From an uncultured Pelagibacteraceae bacterium (GTDB taxonomy: Bacteria > Pseudomonadota > Alphaproteobacteria > Pelagibacterales > AG-422-B15): a DNA stretch of 64,000 nt. The translations under genes and the position numbers were made by a program. Of this stretch, positions 38,887 through 47,373 are shown piece after piece. Every line of letters begins with the position of its first letter. The first letter of the stretch is position 1. Location: the NCBI GenBank assembly GCA_902544065.1, contig CACCAS010000001.1:66458-130457 (forward strand). Reading direction: 5' to 3'. The notes beneath the pieces are model-generated. The model saw only the letters and a list, made by a program, of their open reading frames with translations. It was not told the DNA's origin and ran no database searches.

Positions 38887-39971
38887 GTTGACCCCTTTTC
38901 TATATATATAGATTGAGAAGGGAAAGCAAAGCCAGCATCATTCTTTTCAACAATACCTTTGATCTCAAACGCTAAATTTTCTTTTATCTCTAACCATTCC
39001 CCCCAATTTGTAGTGGTAGCAAAACAATAAACCAATAAATCAATAGAGCTGTCAGAGAATTTTTCTATCCTAACAAACAACGGTTGTTCTGTTGATTTAA
39101 CAAAGTTTCCATTATCTGTTAAATATTTTTCAATCTCATCTCTTATTTTTCTTAGCTGATCGTGTGTTGTTCGATATTCTAAACCAATGGTCCAGTAAAT
39201 TCGCCGACTTTTCATATTACTAAAGTTCGTTACGGCATTTTCAGCAAAATTAAAGTTAGGTACCATTACCGGCGAGGAGTCAAATCTTCTTACAAGTGTT
39301 GAGCGAAATCCAATCTTCTCTACAGTGCCTTCAACTATATTTTCAACTTTTATCCAATCACCATTTTGAAATCTTTTTTCAAGAAGTATCAGTATTCCTG
39401 AAATTAAGTTTTTAAATAAATCTTGAGCGCCTAAAGCAACAGCAACACTTAATAATCCAAGGCCAGCTAATATGGGTCCTACTTTTATGCCCCATATTTC
39501 AAGTACTGCCGCACCTCCAATAATAAATATAAAGAATTTAAGTATCCTTACACCCCAATCAATTAAATCATACGTTAACAGTTCACCAAATTTGTGAATA
39601 AAAAATGAAAAAGGATCAATTACTTTATAAAGGAACCAGAATATTTGAATTGTGATGAGTGATGTATTTAAATTTGCGGCAATTATTTCAAGTGTACTAT
39701 TCAAATTTAAATACTGAGTGCTGATGTATACTCCGATTACGATTGGAAAAAATCTTAGAGGACCATCAAAAGCTTCTAGAACTTCGTCATCAATTTGAGT
39801 TGCAGATTTTTTTACAATTGCTTTCAATCTTCCAACAACAATCTTTGAAAATAAAGATCTGAATAGGACAAAAAGTATAAGAATCAGAATACCGATTAAT
39901 ACATTATTGAAATCTATTCCAAACACTCCTTGTGACCAAACTGATGAAACTAAGTCTAAAAAATTATCCAT
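38883..39971 (-). CDS. mechanosensitive ion channel, MscS family
   Basis: 362 aa. N-terminal TM helices, pore helix 'LGLLSVAVALGAQDLFKNLISG', and a beta-domain 'GDWIKV...GTVEKIGFRST'. Confidence 0.88.
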   Translation of the reverse strand: MDNFLDLVSSVWSQGVFGIDFNNVLIGILILILFVLFRSLFSKIVVGRLKAIVKKSATQIDDEVLEAFDGPLRFFPIVIGVYISTQYLNLNSTLEIIAANLNTSLITIQIFWFLYKVIDPFSFFIHKFGELLTYDLIDWGVRILKFFIFIIGGAAVLEIWGIKVGPILAGLGLLSVAVALGAQDLFKNLISGILILLEKRFQNGDWIKVENIVEGTVEKIGFRSTLVRRFDSSPVMVPNFNFAENAVTNFSNMKSRRIYWTIGLEYRTTHDQLRKIRDEIEKYLTDNGNFVKSTEQPLFVRIEKFSDSSIDLLVYCFATTTNWGEWLEIKENLAFEIKGIVEKNDAGFAFPSQSIYIEKGST

Positions 39972-40018
39972 TTCATCATTTTAACTGATTTGGCATTCAG
40001 ATAATAGATATAGTTAAT

Positions 40019-40879
40019 TTACAGAAAATTATTGATTTCTCTTGATACTTCAGTGGTTTTTTCTAGAGGAAGCATGTGACTTGTGTCTTCAATAAAGCAT
40101 ATTTCCGTTTGAGGGTTATATTTCTTTATTCTCTTCTGACTCAGCTTATTGCAGACTACACTATTTGGAGTGAGAATTATTTTTAGGGGTATATTTATTC
40201 TTTTTAGATCAAACCAAACTTCATGTGATGTCAACTTGAAGCAAGCTGACTCCCAGCTCGGTTCGCATCTAAGTTTGAGCTCATTGTTTTGATCAGTATA
40301 GGTACAATATTCAACATAATCTCTGATAATTTGTTCATCAATATGTTTAAATAAATTTTTTTTTGAGAAATATTGAAAAGAGTCATCTTTACTTGTCCAT
40401 CCATTTCTTCTTATAGAAGCATTTTTTGCTAGTGGATTTACTAAGTGAGATAGGCCAGCAAATTGTAAAAACTTATAAGTTAAAATATATCTTAAAGGCA
40501 ACATTACTGGATCAACAAGTATTAACTTACTCACGAGATCAGGATTAGATAAAGCCACAAGCAAACTTGCAGTTCCACCCATCGAATGACCTGAGAGCAC
40601 AACAGGTTTATTTTCCATTTTTATAAGCTCTATTAAGTCGTTTCTAAAAGTGTACCAAGACTTCAATTTACTTGGATCAGCTTTTAGAGTGGTATTGCCA
40701 TGACCTCGCATATCATAAGTTATTACTTCGTAATTATCACTTATGTTTGATAATAACTTATTGTAGACTTTGCCACTAAATCCATTTGCATGAGAAAAGT
40801 AAAACTTATCTGCACCGGGATTTTCTTTTCTATATGTAATTATCTTTCCAGATTCTACTTTGAATTCTTTTTCTAACAT
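40019..40879 (-). CDS. alpha/beta-fold hydrolase
   Basis: 286 aa. Nucleophile elbow 'SGHSMGG' and a C-terminal His ('DTSHMLP'). Confidence 0.8.
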   Translation of the reverse strand: MLEKEFKVESGKIITYRKENPGADKFYFSHANGFSGKVYNKLLSNISDNYEVITYDMRGHGNTTLKADPSKLKSWYTFRNDLIELIKMENKPVVLSGHSMGGTASLLVALSNPDLVSKLILVDPVMLPLRYILTYKFLQFAGLSHLVNPLAKNASIRRNGWTSKDDSFQYFSKKNLFKHIDEQIIRDYVEYCTYTDQNNELKLRCEPSWESACFKLTSHEVWFDLKRINIPLKIILTPNSVVCNKLSQKRIKKYNPQTEICFIEDTSHMLPLEKTTEVSREINNFL

Positions 40880-40883
40880 TTAT

Positions 40884-41312
40884 TCAATGGCATGATTCAT
40901 TATACTTTTTAAGTCTATAGTAATTGTAAGGCAGAGGAGTGATAAATCCTGCTAAGAGCATGAATGGAATAATAGTAATGGTTAACACACCTCCTGCAAA
41001 AATAAGATCTGTTAAATTCATCGAAATCTCCATTGCTACCATACTTATGAAGCTCATTTTAAAGGCGATATTCAAAGCTTCAGAAAAAGGAAAACTTTTC
41101 ATTAAAATTAAAGTCTCTAACAATATACTAGTTACAAGACCGTTGAATATGGCAATTAGCATTACAAGATAAATTGATAATGAATGATCTATCATTTGAA
41201 AGTAAAATATTGTACCAAAGTCTCCAATACTACATCCAAGAAGACACCACATGGTATTGTAGCTTGAAGTCTTCCATGTTGCTTTGCAAGTCCAATTAAT
41301 ATCAAGCATCAA
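40884..41312 (-). CDS. DUF4396-like membrane protein
   Basis: 142 aa with 4 hydrophobic segments. 'WCLLGCSIGDFG' resembles the DUF4396 N-terminal Cys motif. Confidence 0.65.
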   Translation of the reverse strand: MMLDINWTCKATWKTSSYNTMWCLLGCSIGDFGTIFYFQMIDHSLSIYLVMLIAIFNGLVTSILLETLILMKSFPFSEALNIAFKMSFISMVAMEISMNLTDLIFAGGVLTITIIPFMLLAGFITPLPYNYYRLKKYNESCH

Positions 41313-41508
41313 ATTTATTAAATTCCTCTCGTCTTTCGTTTGCGTCTTTTAGTACTAAGGCTTTTTCTTCATCGGACATTCTTTGCCAATTGGTGATTTC
41401 AAACTGCTCTCTAAAGCATCCAATACAGACATTGCCGTCCATAAAAGCCTCATTATACTTACATATTTTGATGCATGGACTGTCTACACGTATGTTTTTT
41501 TTAATCAT
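41302..41508 (-). CDS. DUF1289-like small Cys-rich protein
   Basis: 68 aa. 'SPCIKICKYN...VCIGCFR' four-Cys pattern typical of DUF1289. Overlaps the downstream gene by 11 nt. Confidence 0.7.
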   Translation of the reverse strand: MIKKNIRVDSPCIKICKYNEAFMDGNVCIGCFREQFEITNWQRMSDEEKALVLKDANERREEFNKFDA

Positions 41509-41567
41509 ATAAAGCTTGATTTATTTATATATTCCAATAAAAAGCAACATCAATTTCAAATTATTGT

Positions 41568-42263
41568 ATGGCTCGTATTACTGTAGAAGATTGTATTAAG
41601 CTTATTAATAATCAGTATGATCTGGTTATCCTCGCAAAGGAAAGAGCAGTTCAATTGGGAAGAGGCGCTACCCCTGCTGTAGATCCTGAAAATGACAAAA
41701 AACCTGTAATTGCCCTTAGAGAAATAAGCGAGTCCAAGATTACAGCTGAAGAGTTAAAAGACAGTATTGTTTCTAAATTGAGGCAAATTCCTGATTATGA
41801 GGAAGAAGAGGAATTAGAAGAAGTTGATAACGATACTTTTAGACAAATGTTCCAGGGCGGTCTGTCTAAATCTGAAATGGAAAAGTCAGCAACACGTAAA
41901 TTTACAGCTAGATCACCTAGAGTTGAAACGAGAGCTAAGCCAGTTGAAGATACGATGAGTGATGTTGAAGAGACACCTATGAGTTCAGCAGTCATAAATG
42001 AAACTCAAGTTCTTAATGAGACTGAGGAAAAATTAGATACTTCAGAAGTTGAAGTTCCAATCACGGATAGTATTGAAACAGTTCATGAGGAAACAACTGA
42101 TCAAGCTATAGATGACCGAATTAAAGAAAATCCATCTTCTGAAGAGGAAAGTATTTCTGCTAGCGATCATATAGAAGATAATAATGAAAATGACGTCATT
42201 AATGTAGAAGAGCTGTCTGAAGTTACATCCGATATTGAAGAAGAGAATATTCCTAAAGAATAA
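41568..42263 (+). CDS. rpoZ: DNA-directed RNA polymerase omega subunit with a long acidic C-terminal extension
   Basis: 231 aa. The N-terminal ~70 aa are canonical omega ('MARITVEDCI...NQYDLVILAKERAVQL...KPVIALREI'). The remaining ~155 aa are E/D/S/T-rich and low in complexity. Confidence 0.85.
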   Translation: MARITVEDCIKLINNQYDLVILAKERAVQLGRGATPAVDPENDKKPVIALREISESKITAEELKDSIVSKLRQIPDYEEEEELEEVDNDTFRQMFQGGLSKSEMEKSATRKFTARSPRVETRAKPVEDTMSDVEETPMSSAVINETQVLNETEEKLDTSEVEVPITDSIETVHEETTDQAIDDRIKENPSSEEESISASDHIEDNNENDVINVEELSEVTSDIEEENIPKE

Positions 42264-42268
42264 TTATC

Positions 42269-43399
42269 ATGAATTTTGACTTTTCAGATGATCAAAAGCT
42301 TTTACGCGATCAAGCAAGAAAGTTTTTACAAGATAAATGTGACCGTAAGTCAGTAAGGAGTATCCTAGAAAATCATAAGCAGAGCTATAATGCTAAGTTA
42401 TGGTCTCAAATTTCTGAATTAGGTTGGACGGGTACAGCAATACCTGAAGAATATGGCGGACTTGGTTTAGGCATGTTAGAATTGTGCGTAATAGCTGAAG
42501 AGCTAGGTAGAGCTCTTGCACCCACACCATTTTCTTCTTCGATATATATTTTTGCCGAATTTTTAAAATCGTATGGTACGGATGAACAAAAGAAAAAATA
42601 TTTACCACTCATTGCATCTGGCGAAAAAATTGGAACATTTGCTTTATCTGAAACTAATGGGAAACCAAAACCGAATAATATTAAGACGCAATACGTTTTG
42701 GGTAAATTAAATGGATCTAAAAATCCGGTTTCAGATGGGGAGTCAGCAGATTATATCATTGTTGCAGCAAATTCTGACGGTAATTCGAATTATAATTCAC
42801 TCTCTCTTTATATTATTGATAGAAATGATCCAGGTGTAAATATTTCGAATTTAGAAACCATCGATCCTACAAGACCTGCTTGTACAGTAGATTTAGAAAA
42901 TGTTGCCTGTGAAAGACTCGGAGATGAAGGAATTGGATGGGAGATGATTGATAATATTTTTAATAGAGCAGCTGTTTTATTTTCATTCGAGCAAGTGGGT
43001 GGGGCGCAAGTTTCACTTGATGAAGCAAAAAAATATTCACTTGAGCGATTCGCTTTTGGAAAGCAAATAGGTGCATTTCAAGCTCTAAAGCATAAGATGG
43101 CAGATATGTACGTCAAAATTGAATTAGCAAGATCTAACGCTTATTATGGTGCCTGGGCGTTAAGTACAGACTCAAATGAGCTACCAATTGCCGCTGCAGG
43201 CGCAAGGGTTAGTGCCTCTGAAGCATACAATTTCGCATCTCAGGAAAATATTCAAATTCATGGAGGTGTTGGTTTTACTTGGGAATATGATTGCCACTTG
43301 TTTTATCGTAGATCTAAACTACTTTCTTTAAATATTGGCAGTATTCGTCAGTGGAAAGAAAATTTAATTTCAAATCTTGAAAAAAGGAATATAGTTTAA
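42269..43399 (+). CDS. acyl-CoA dehydrogenase family protein lacking both canonical catalytic-Glu positions (putative non-catalytic partner)
   Basis: 376 aa with an ACAD fold ('EEYGGLGLG', 'QIHGGVGFTWEYD'). The IVD-type site reads 'IFNRAAV' (Asn for Glu). The MCAD-type site reads 'LNIGS' (Ile for Glu). Confidence 0.85.
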   Translation: MNFDFSDDQKLLRDQARKFLQDKCDRKSVRSILENHKQSYNAKLWSQISELGWTGTAIPEEYGGLGLGMLELCVIAEELGRALAPTPFSSSIYIFAEFLKSYGTDEQKKKYLPLIASGEKIGTFALSETNGKPKPNNIKTQYVLGKLNGSKNPVSDGESADYIIVAANSDGNSNYNSLSLYIIDRNDPGVNISNLETIDPTRPACTVDLENVACERLGDEGIGWEMIDNIFNRAAVLFSFEQVGGAQVSLDEAKKYSLERFAFGKQIGAFQALKHKMADMYVKIELARSNAYYGAWALSTDSNELPIAAAGARVSASEAYNFASQENIQIHGGVGFTWEYDCHLFYRRSKLLSLNIGSIRQWKENLISNLEKRNIV

Positions 43400-43401
43400 A
43401 T

Positions 43402-44685
43402 ATGGACTTTAATGACACACCTCAAGAAGCTGAATTTAGAAAAAAAGTAAGAGCTTTTCTAGAAGCGAATGCGGAAAAAAGATCTACTCTATCTTCAAAG
43501 CCAAATGGCGACTCGGGATCGTCTATTTCAAGCGCTGGTGCACCAGAAACTGTAAAAGGTGAAGATGCGGCAAAGGTAGCGCTAGATAATGCTAAAGAAT
43601 GGCAAAGAAAAAAAGCTGATGCAGGATTTGCTGCTATTTTATGGCCAAAGGAATTCGGAGGCTACGGAGGAACTCCTATAGAGCAAGTTATATATGCTCA
43701 AGAAGAACATGACTATTTTGTTCATTCAGGATATTTTGAAATTGGTATAGGTATGCTTGGACCAACTATGATGGCTTGGGGTAAAGACGAGGATAAAAAA
43801 AGATACCTTCCAAAAATGATCACCGGTGAAGAAATATGGTGCCAATTATTTTCTGAACCCTCAGCAGGATCAGATTTAGCTGGTATAAGAATGAAGGCTG
43901 AAAAAGATGGTGACGAATGGGTACTAAATGGTCAAAAGGTATGGACTTCAGGAGCTCATTTTGCTGATTATGGAATGATTGTAGCACGATCTGACCCTAC
44001 TGCTCTAAAACATAAAGGGCTTACATATTTCTATGTTGATATGAAAACACCAGGAATTGAGGCTAAACCTATTAAACAGATTTCTGGATCAGCTAATTTC
44101 AATGAAGTATTCTTCAATGACGTCCGCATACCTGATAGTCAAAGAATTGGTGCGGAGGGTGATGGGTGGAAAGTATCACTTACTACTCTTATGAATGAAA
44201 GATTAGCGGTAGGAGATCCTCCTGGTTTAGATTTTGATCAAATTTTTGAAGCCTCTAAAGAGATAGAAGTTGAAGATGGTCTTGCTGTAAAAAATAGTGA
44301 AGTAAGACAAAAAATGGCTGACTGGTACATTCAGTCGAGGGGATTGCAATATACGAAATACAGGAGTATGACTGCTTTATCAAAAGGCCAAACACCTGGA
44401 CCAGAGCTCTCAATAAGCAAGTTAGTCACAGCATCGAAGATGCAAGATGTATCATCTTATGCACTGGATTTGATGGACATGTCAGGTATGGTTCATCAAG
44501 ATAAAAATCCGGTTCTTAAAAACTTATTCCAAAACGGTTATTTTTTCTCAGCTGCCATGAGAATTGCTGGTGGCACCGATGAAGTTTTAAGAAATATTAT
44601 TGCAGAGAGAGTCTTAGGTTTACCGCAAGATGAAAGATCAGATAAAAAACTGCCTTTCAATGAGTTGCCCTCAGGTAAAAACTAA
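43402..44685 (+). CDS. acyl-CoA dehydrogenase (IVD/LCAD-type catalytic Glu)
   Basis: 427 aa. 'WCQLFSEPSAGSDLAG', 'NGQKVWTSGA', 'LMNERLAVG' (Glu at the IVD position), 'IAGGTDEVLRNIIAE' (Gly at the MCAD position). Starts 2 nt after the upstream ACAD. Confidence 0.88.
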   Translation: MDFNDTPQEAEFRKKVRAFLEANAEKRSTLSSKPNGDSGSSISSAGAPETVKGEDAAKVALDNAKEWQRKKADAGFAAILWPKEFGGYGGTPIEQVIYAQEEHDYFVHSGYFEIGIGMLGPTMMAWGKDEDKKRYLPKMITGEEIWCQLFSEPSAGSDLAGIRMKAEKDGDEWVLNGQKVWTSGAHFADYGMIVARSDPTALKHKGLTYFYVDMKTPGIEAKPIKQISGSANFNEVFFNDVRIPDSQRIGAEGDGWKVSLTTLMNERLAVGDPPGLDFDQIFEASKEIEVEDGLAVKNSEVRQKMADWYIQSRGLQYTKYRSMTALSKGQTPGPELSISKLVTASKMQDVSSYALDLMDMSGMVHQDKNPVLKNLFQNGYFFSAAMRIAGGTDEVLRNIIAERVLGLPQDERSDKKLPFNELPSGKN

Positions 44686-44695
44686 CATCAGCTAA

Positions 44696-45547
44696 GTGTT
44701 CAGTACAATTTTTAGCAATGTTGCCTCAGGCGACTTGCTTTTTTCTATTACTTTATTGATCGGTACAGGTATTTTTGCTGGTTTTATAGCAGGTCTTTTT
44801 GGTATAGGAGGCGGTGTCGTCGTTGTGCCCGCGCTATATTATATTTTTACTCTTGCTGAAGTAGATGAAAGTATAAGAATGCACTTAGCAGTTGGAACAT
44901 CGCTTGCAAATATTGTCCCAATATCAATTATTTCTGCAGTAAGCCATGCCAGGAAAAATTCTGTGAATATAGATTTCTTAAAGTTTATATTTGTTTCTAT
45001 AATCGTTGGTGTAACTTGTGGCTCTATTGCTGTGTCTTATCTTGAGGGAAGCACGCTTATTTTGATTTATTCAATAATATTATTATTTGTCGCAGCACAA
45101 TTTTTTTTCTGGAAAGATAAATGGAGACTATCCTCTTCTTTTCCTAAAAATTTCACTGGTCATGGACTCGGTTCGGTGATTGGCTTTCTTTCCGTAATCA
45201 TTGGAGTAGGAGGAGGTTCAATAAGTATTCCTATACTTAAACTATATAATTTTGAAATTCACAAAGCGATTGGAACAGCAGCTGGAATCGGAACCATAGT
45301 GGCTGTACCAGGGACAATAGGCTTTATGATTGCTGGCTTACAAAACAATGTCGATTTACCATTATCCTTTGGCTATGTAAGCCTTGTAGGACTTATATTA
45401 ATTACACCTATTACAATAATTGGCGCACCGATTGGAGTTAAGTTTGCTCACTATTTATCTAAAAGTAAATTAAACTTTCTTTTTGGAATATTTATCTTGT
45501 TTATGTCGATTAGGTTCTATTTCGAATGGCTATCATTAACGAATTAA
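44696..45547 (+). CDS. TauE/SafE-family anion (sulfite/sulfonate) exporter-like membrane protein
   Basis: 283 aa, GTG start, about 8 TM segments with duplicated 'G(I/V)GGG..(V/S)(V/I)P' motifs typical of TauE/SafE (DUF81). Confidence 0.8.
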   Translation: MFSTIFSNVASGDLLFSITLLIGTGIFAGFIAGLFGIGGGVVVVPALYYIFTLAEVDESIRMHLAVGTSLANIVPISIISAVSHARKNSVNIDFLKFIFVSIIVGVTCGSIAVSYLEGSTLILIYSIILLFVAAQFFFWKDKWRLSSSFPKNFTGHGLGSVIGFLSVIIGVGGGSISIPILKLYNFEIHKAIGTAAGIGTIVAVPGTIGFMIAGLQNNVDLPLSFGYVSLVGLILITPITIIGAPIGVKFAHYLSKSKLNFLFGIFILFMSIRFYFEWLSLTN

Positions 45548-47050
45548 TGTCTGATCATATTTGCCAACCTTACCTGTCTGATCAAGAAGTTTATTTATGT
45601 AATTAAAGATTAACTCAACTTCATCATGAGACTCATAGCTTTCAATAACAATAACCAATGATGGTTTATTAGAAGATGCTCTTACCAATCCCCAGGAACC
45701 ATTTGAAAGCTCAAAACGAATACCATTTATTGTTATTATCTTTTTAATTGTTTGACTTCCAACTTTTTCACCTTTTTCTTTTATGTCCGTGATTTTTTTT
45801 ATAATCGAATCTACAACCTGATACTTTTCTCTATCTTCACAGAAAGGGGCCATCGTTGGTGACTGAAAAGTCTTTTTAATCTCTAATTTCTTATCTGATA
45901 GTTTTTTACTTATGCCATTACTTAAATATTGAAGCATTAAACATGCAGATTTTAATCCATCATCAAAACCTAGTCCCAATGGTTCATTAATAAAAAAATG
46001 GCCACTTTTTTCGAAACCGCATAGTGCACCAATTTCTTTTACTCTTCTTTTTATATGAGAATGTCCTGTTTTCCACATATCGATTAGACAATTATTCATT
46101 TTTAGAATGGAACTTTCAAAATAAAGTCCTGTAGATTTAACATCGATTACAAATTTTGATTCTGGATAATCGTTTGACAAAAACTCAGATAGTAATAAGC
46201 CTATTTTATCGGAAAAAATTTCTTCCCCTTTATCATCAACTACACCAAGTCTATCTCCATCACCGTCAAAAGCAAAACCTATATCAGCATTATGCTTAAT
46301 GACATTTTCTGATAAGTCTTTTAGCATTACTAAGTCTTCAGGGTTTGGATTATAGTGTGGAAATTTAAAATCTAAATCACAGTGTAACTCAATTACTTCA
46401 CAGCCCAACAGACTCAGTAATTCAGGTGCAAACGCTCCAGTAGTTCCATTACCACATGCAACGACAACTTTAATTCCTTTTTTAATTTTTACATCCGAAG
46501 TGAGGTATTCAATGTATTTATCTTTCACTCCAGGAATAAATTGATACATGCCATTATTTTCTATCTTGGCGTTATGATTGTTATCAATTATTTGTTTAAT
46601 TAGGTTCACTTCTTCAGGCCCAAAGGTGAGTGATTTTTCTATGCCACATTTAATTCCAGTCCAGCCATTTTCATTATGACTGGCAGTTATCATGGCTAAA
46701 CTATCTGTATTTAAATGGTGTTGAGCAAAATAAACCATTGGTGAAACTGAAAGTCCGACATCCATCACTTTTAAACCTGAAGATAACAAACCTTTAACGA
46801 CGTGATATTTTACCTCTTCGCTGTATGATCTATAATCATGACCAACCACGATTGAAGATTCGCTACCTTTTACATTAGATATATATTGGCCTAAACCAAA
46901 ACCAAAAACCTCAAGGCCCTTTTTATTTATCTGATCTGGATAGAGCCACCTGGCATCATATTCTCTAAATCCATAAGGAGAAATACTTGCAGCTTCATGC
47001 TTTTCATTAAAGTCAAAACTGAGGCCAGATTGTGATTTAAATATTTTCAA
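45536..47050 (-). CDS. phosphomannomutase/phosphoglucomutase
   Basis: 504 aa. Active-site Ser loop 'ITASHNENGWTG', metal loop 'GFAFDGDGDRLG', 'GFEKSGH'. Confidence 0.9.
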   Translation of the reverse strand: MKIFKSQSGLSFDFNEKHEAASISPYGFREYDARWLYPDQINKKGLEVFGFGLGQYISNVKGSESSIVVGHDYRSYSEEVKYHVVKGLLSSGLKVMDVGLSVSPMVYFAQHHLNTDSLAMITASHNENGWTGIKCGIEKSLTFGPEEVNLIKQIIDNNHNAKIENNGMYQFIPGVKDKYIEYLTSDVKIKKGIKVVVACGNGTTGAFAPELLSLLGCEVIELHCDLDFKFPHYNPNPEDLVMLKDLSENVIKHNADIGFAFDGDGDRLGVVDDKGEEIFSDKIGLLLSEFLSNDYPESKFVIDVKSTGLYFESSILKMNNCLIDMWKTGHSHIKRRVKEIGALCGFEKSGHFFINEPLGLGFDDGLKSACLMLQYLSNGISKKLSDKKLEIKKTFQSPTMAPFCEDREKYQVVDSIIKKITDIKEKGEKVGSQTIKKIITINGIRFELSNGSWGLVRASSNKPSLVIVIESYESHDEVELIFNYINKLLDQTGKVGKYDQTLIR

Positions 47051-47090
47051 TTTAAGTGTTGCGTGTTTTTAAAGAATATAACATATTAAT

Positions 47091-47248
47091 CTTGTTGGTT
47101 CACGTAAAGTGAATAACAGGGAATGAGGTTAAAATCCTCAGCTGTACCCGCAACTGTAACTCAGGAGTTTGAATACAGATGCCACTGATTTAATCGGGAA
47201 GGCGTATTTGAATTTAGACGGAGAAGTCAGGAGACCTACCAACAAAGA
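47091..47248 (+). promoter_or_regulatory. cobalamin (B12) riboswitch
   Basis: Conserved blocks read directly: 'AACAGGGAA' (47115-47123), 'GGTTAAAATCC' (47127-47137), 'GCTGTACCCGCAACTGTAA' (47141-47159), 'GCCACTG' (47181-47187), 'CGGGAAGGC' (47195-47203), and the B12 box 'AGTCAGGAGACCTACC' (47225-47240). P1 closes with TTGTTGGT (47092-47099) / ACCAACAA (47238-47245). It is 126 nt upstream of the TonB-dependent receptor. Confidence 0.88.
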
Positions 47249-47373
47249 CGCAGTCATCCTCAGGTAATCGGGATAATTATTTGGACTTATAACTCAAGAG
47301 TAGTGGTGGCTTAATTATAACCGCTACGAATCAATATGATCGTTGCATATTTTGATTGAAAGGGTGACTTCAT

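Noticed and set aside
47311-47338. Hairpin in the riboswitch expression platform as an intrinsic terminator
   Set aside because: The stem (GTAGTGG/CCGCTAC) is not followed by a T-tract, so I do not call it a terminator. It is mentioned only as part of a possible translational platform.
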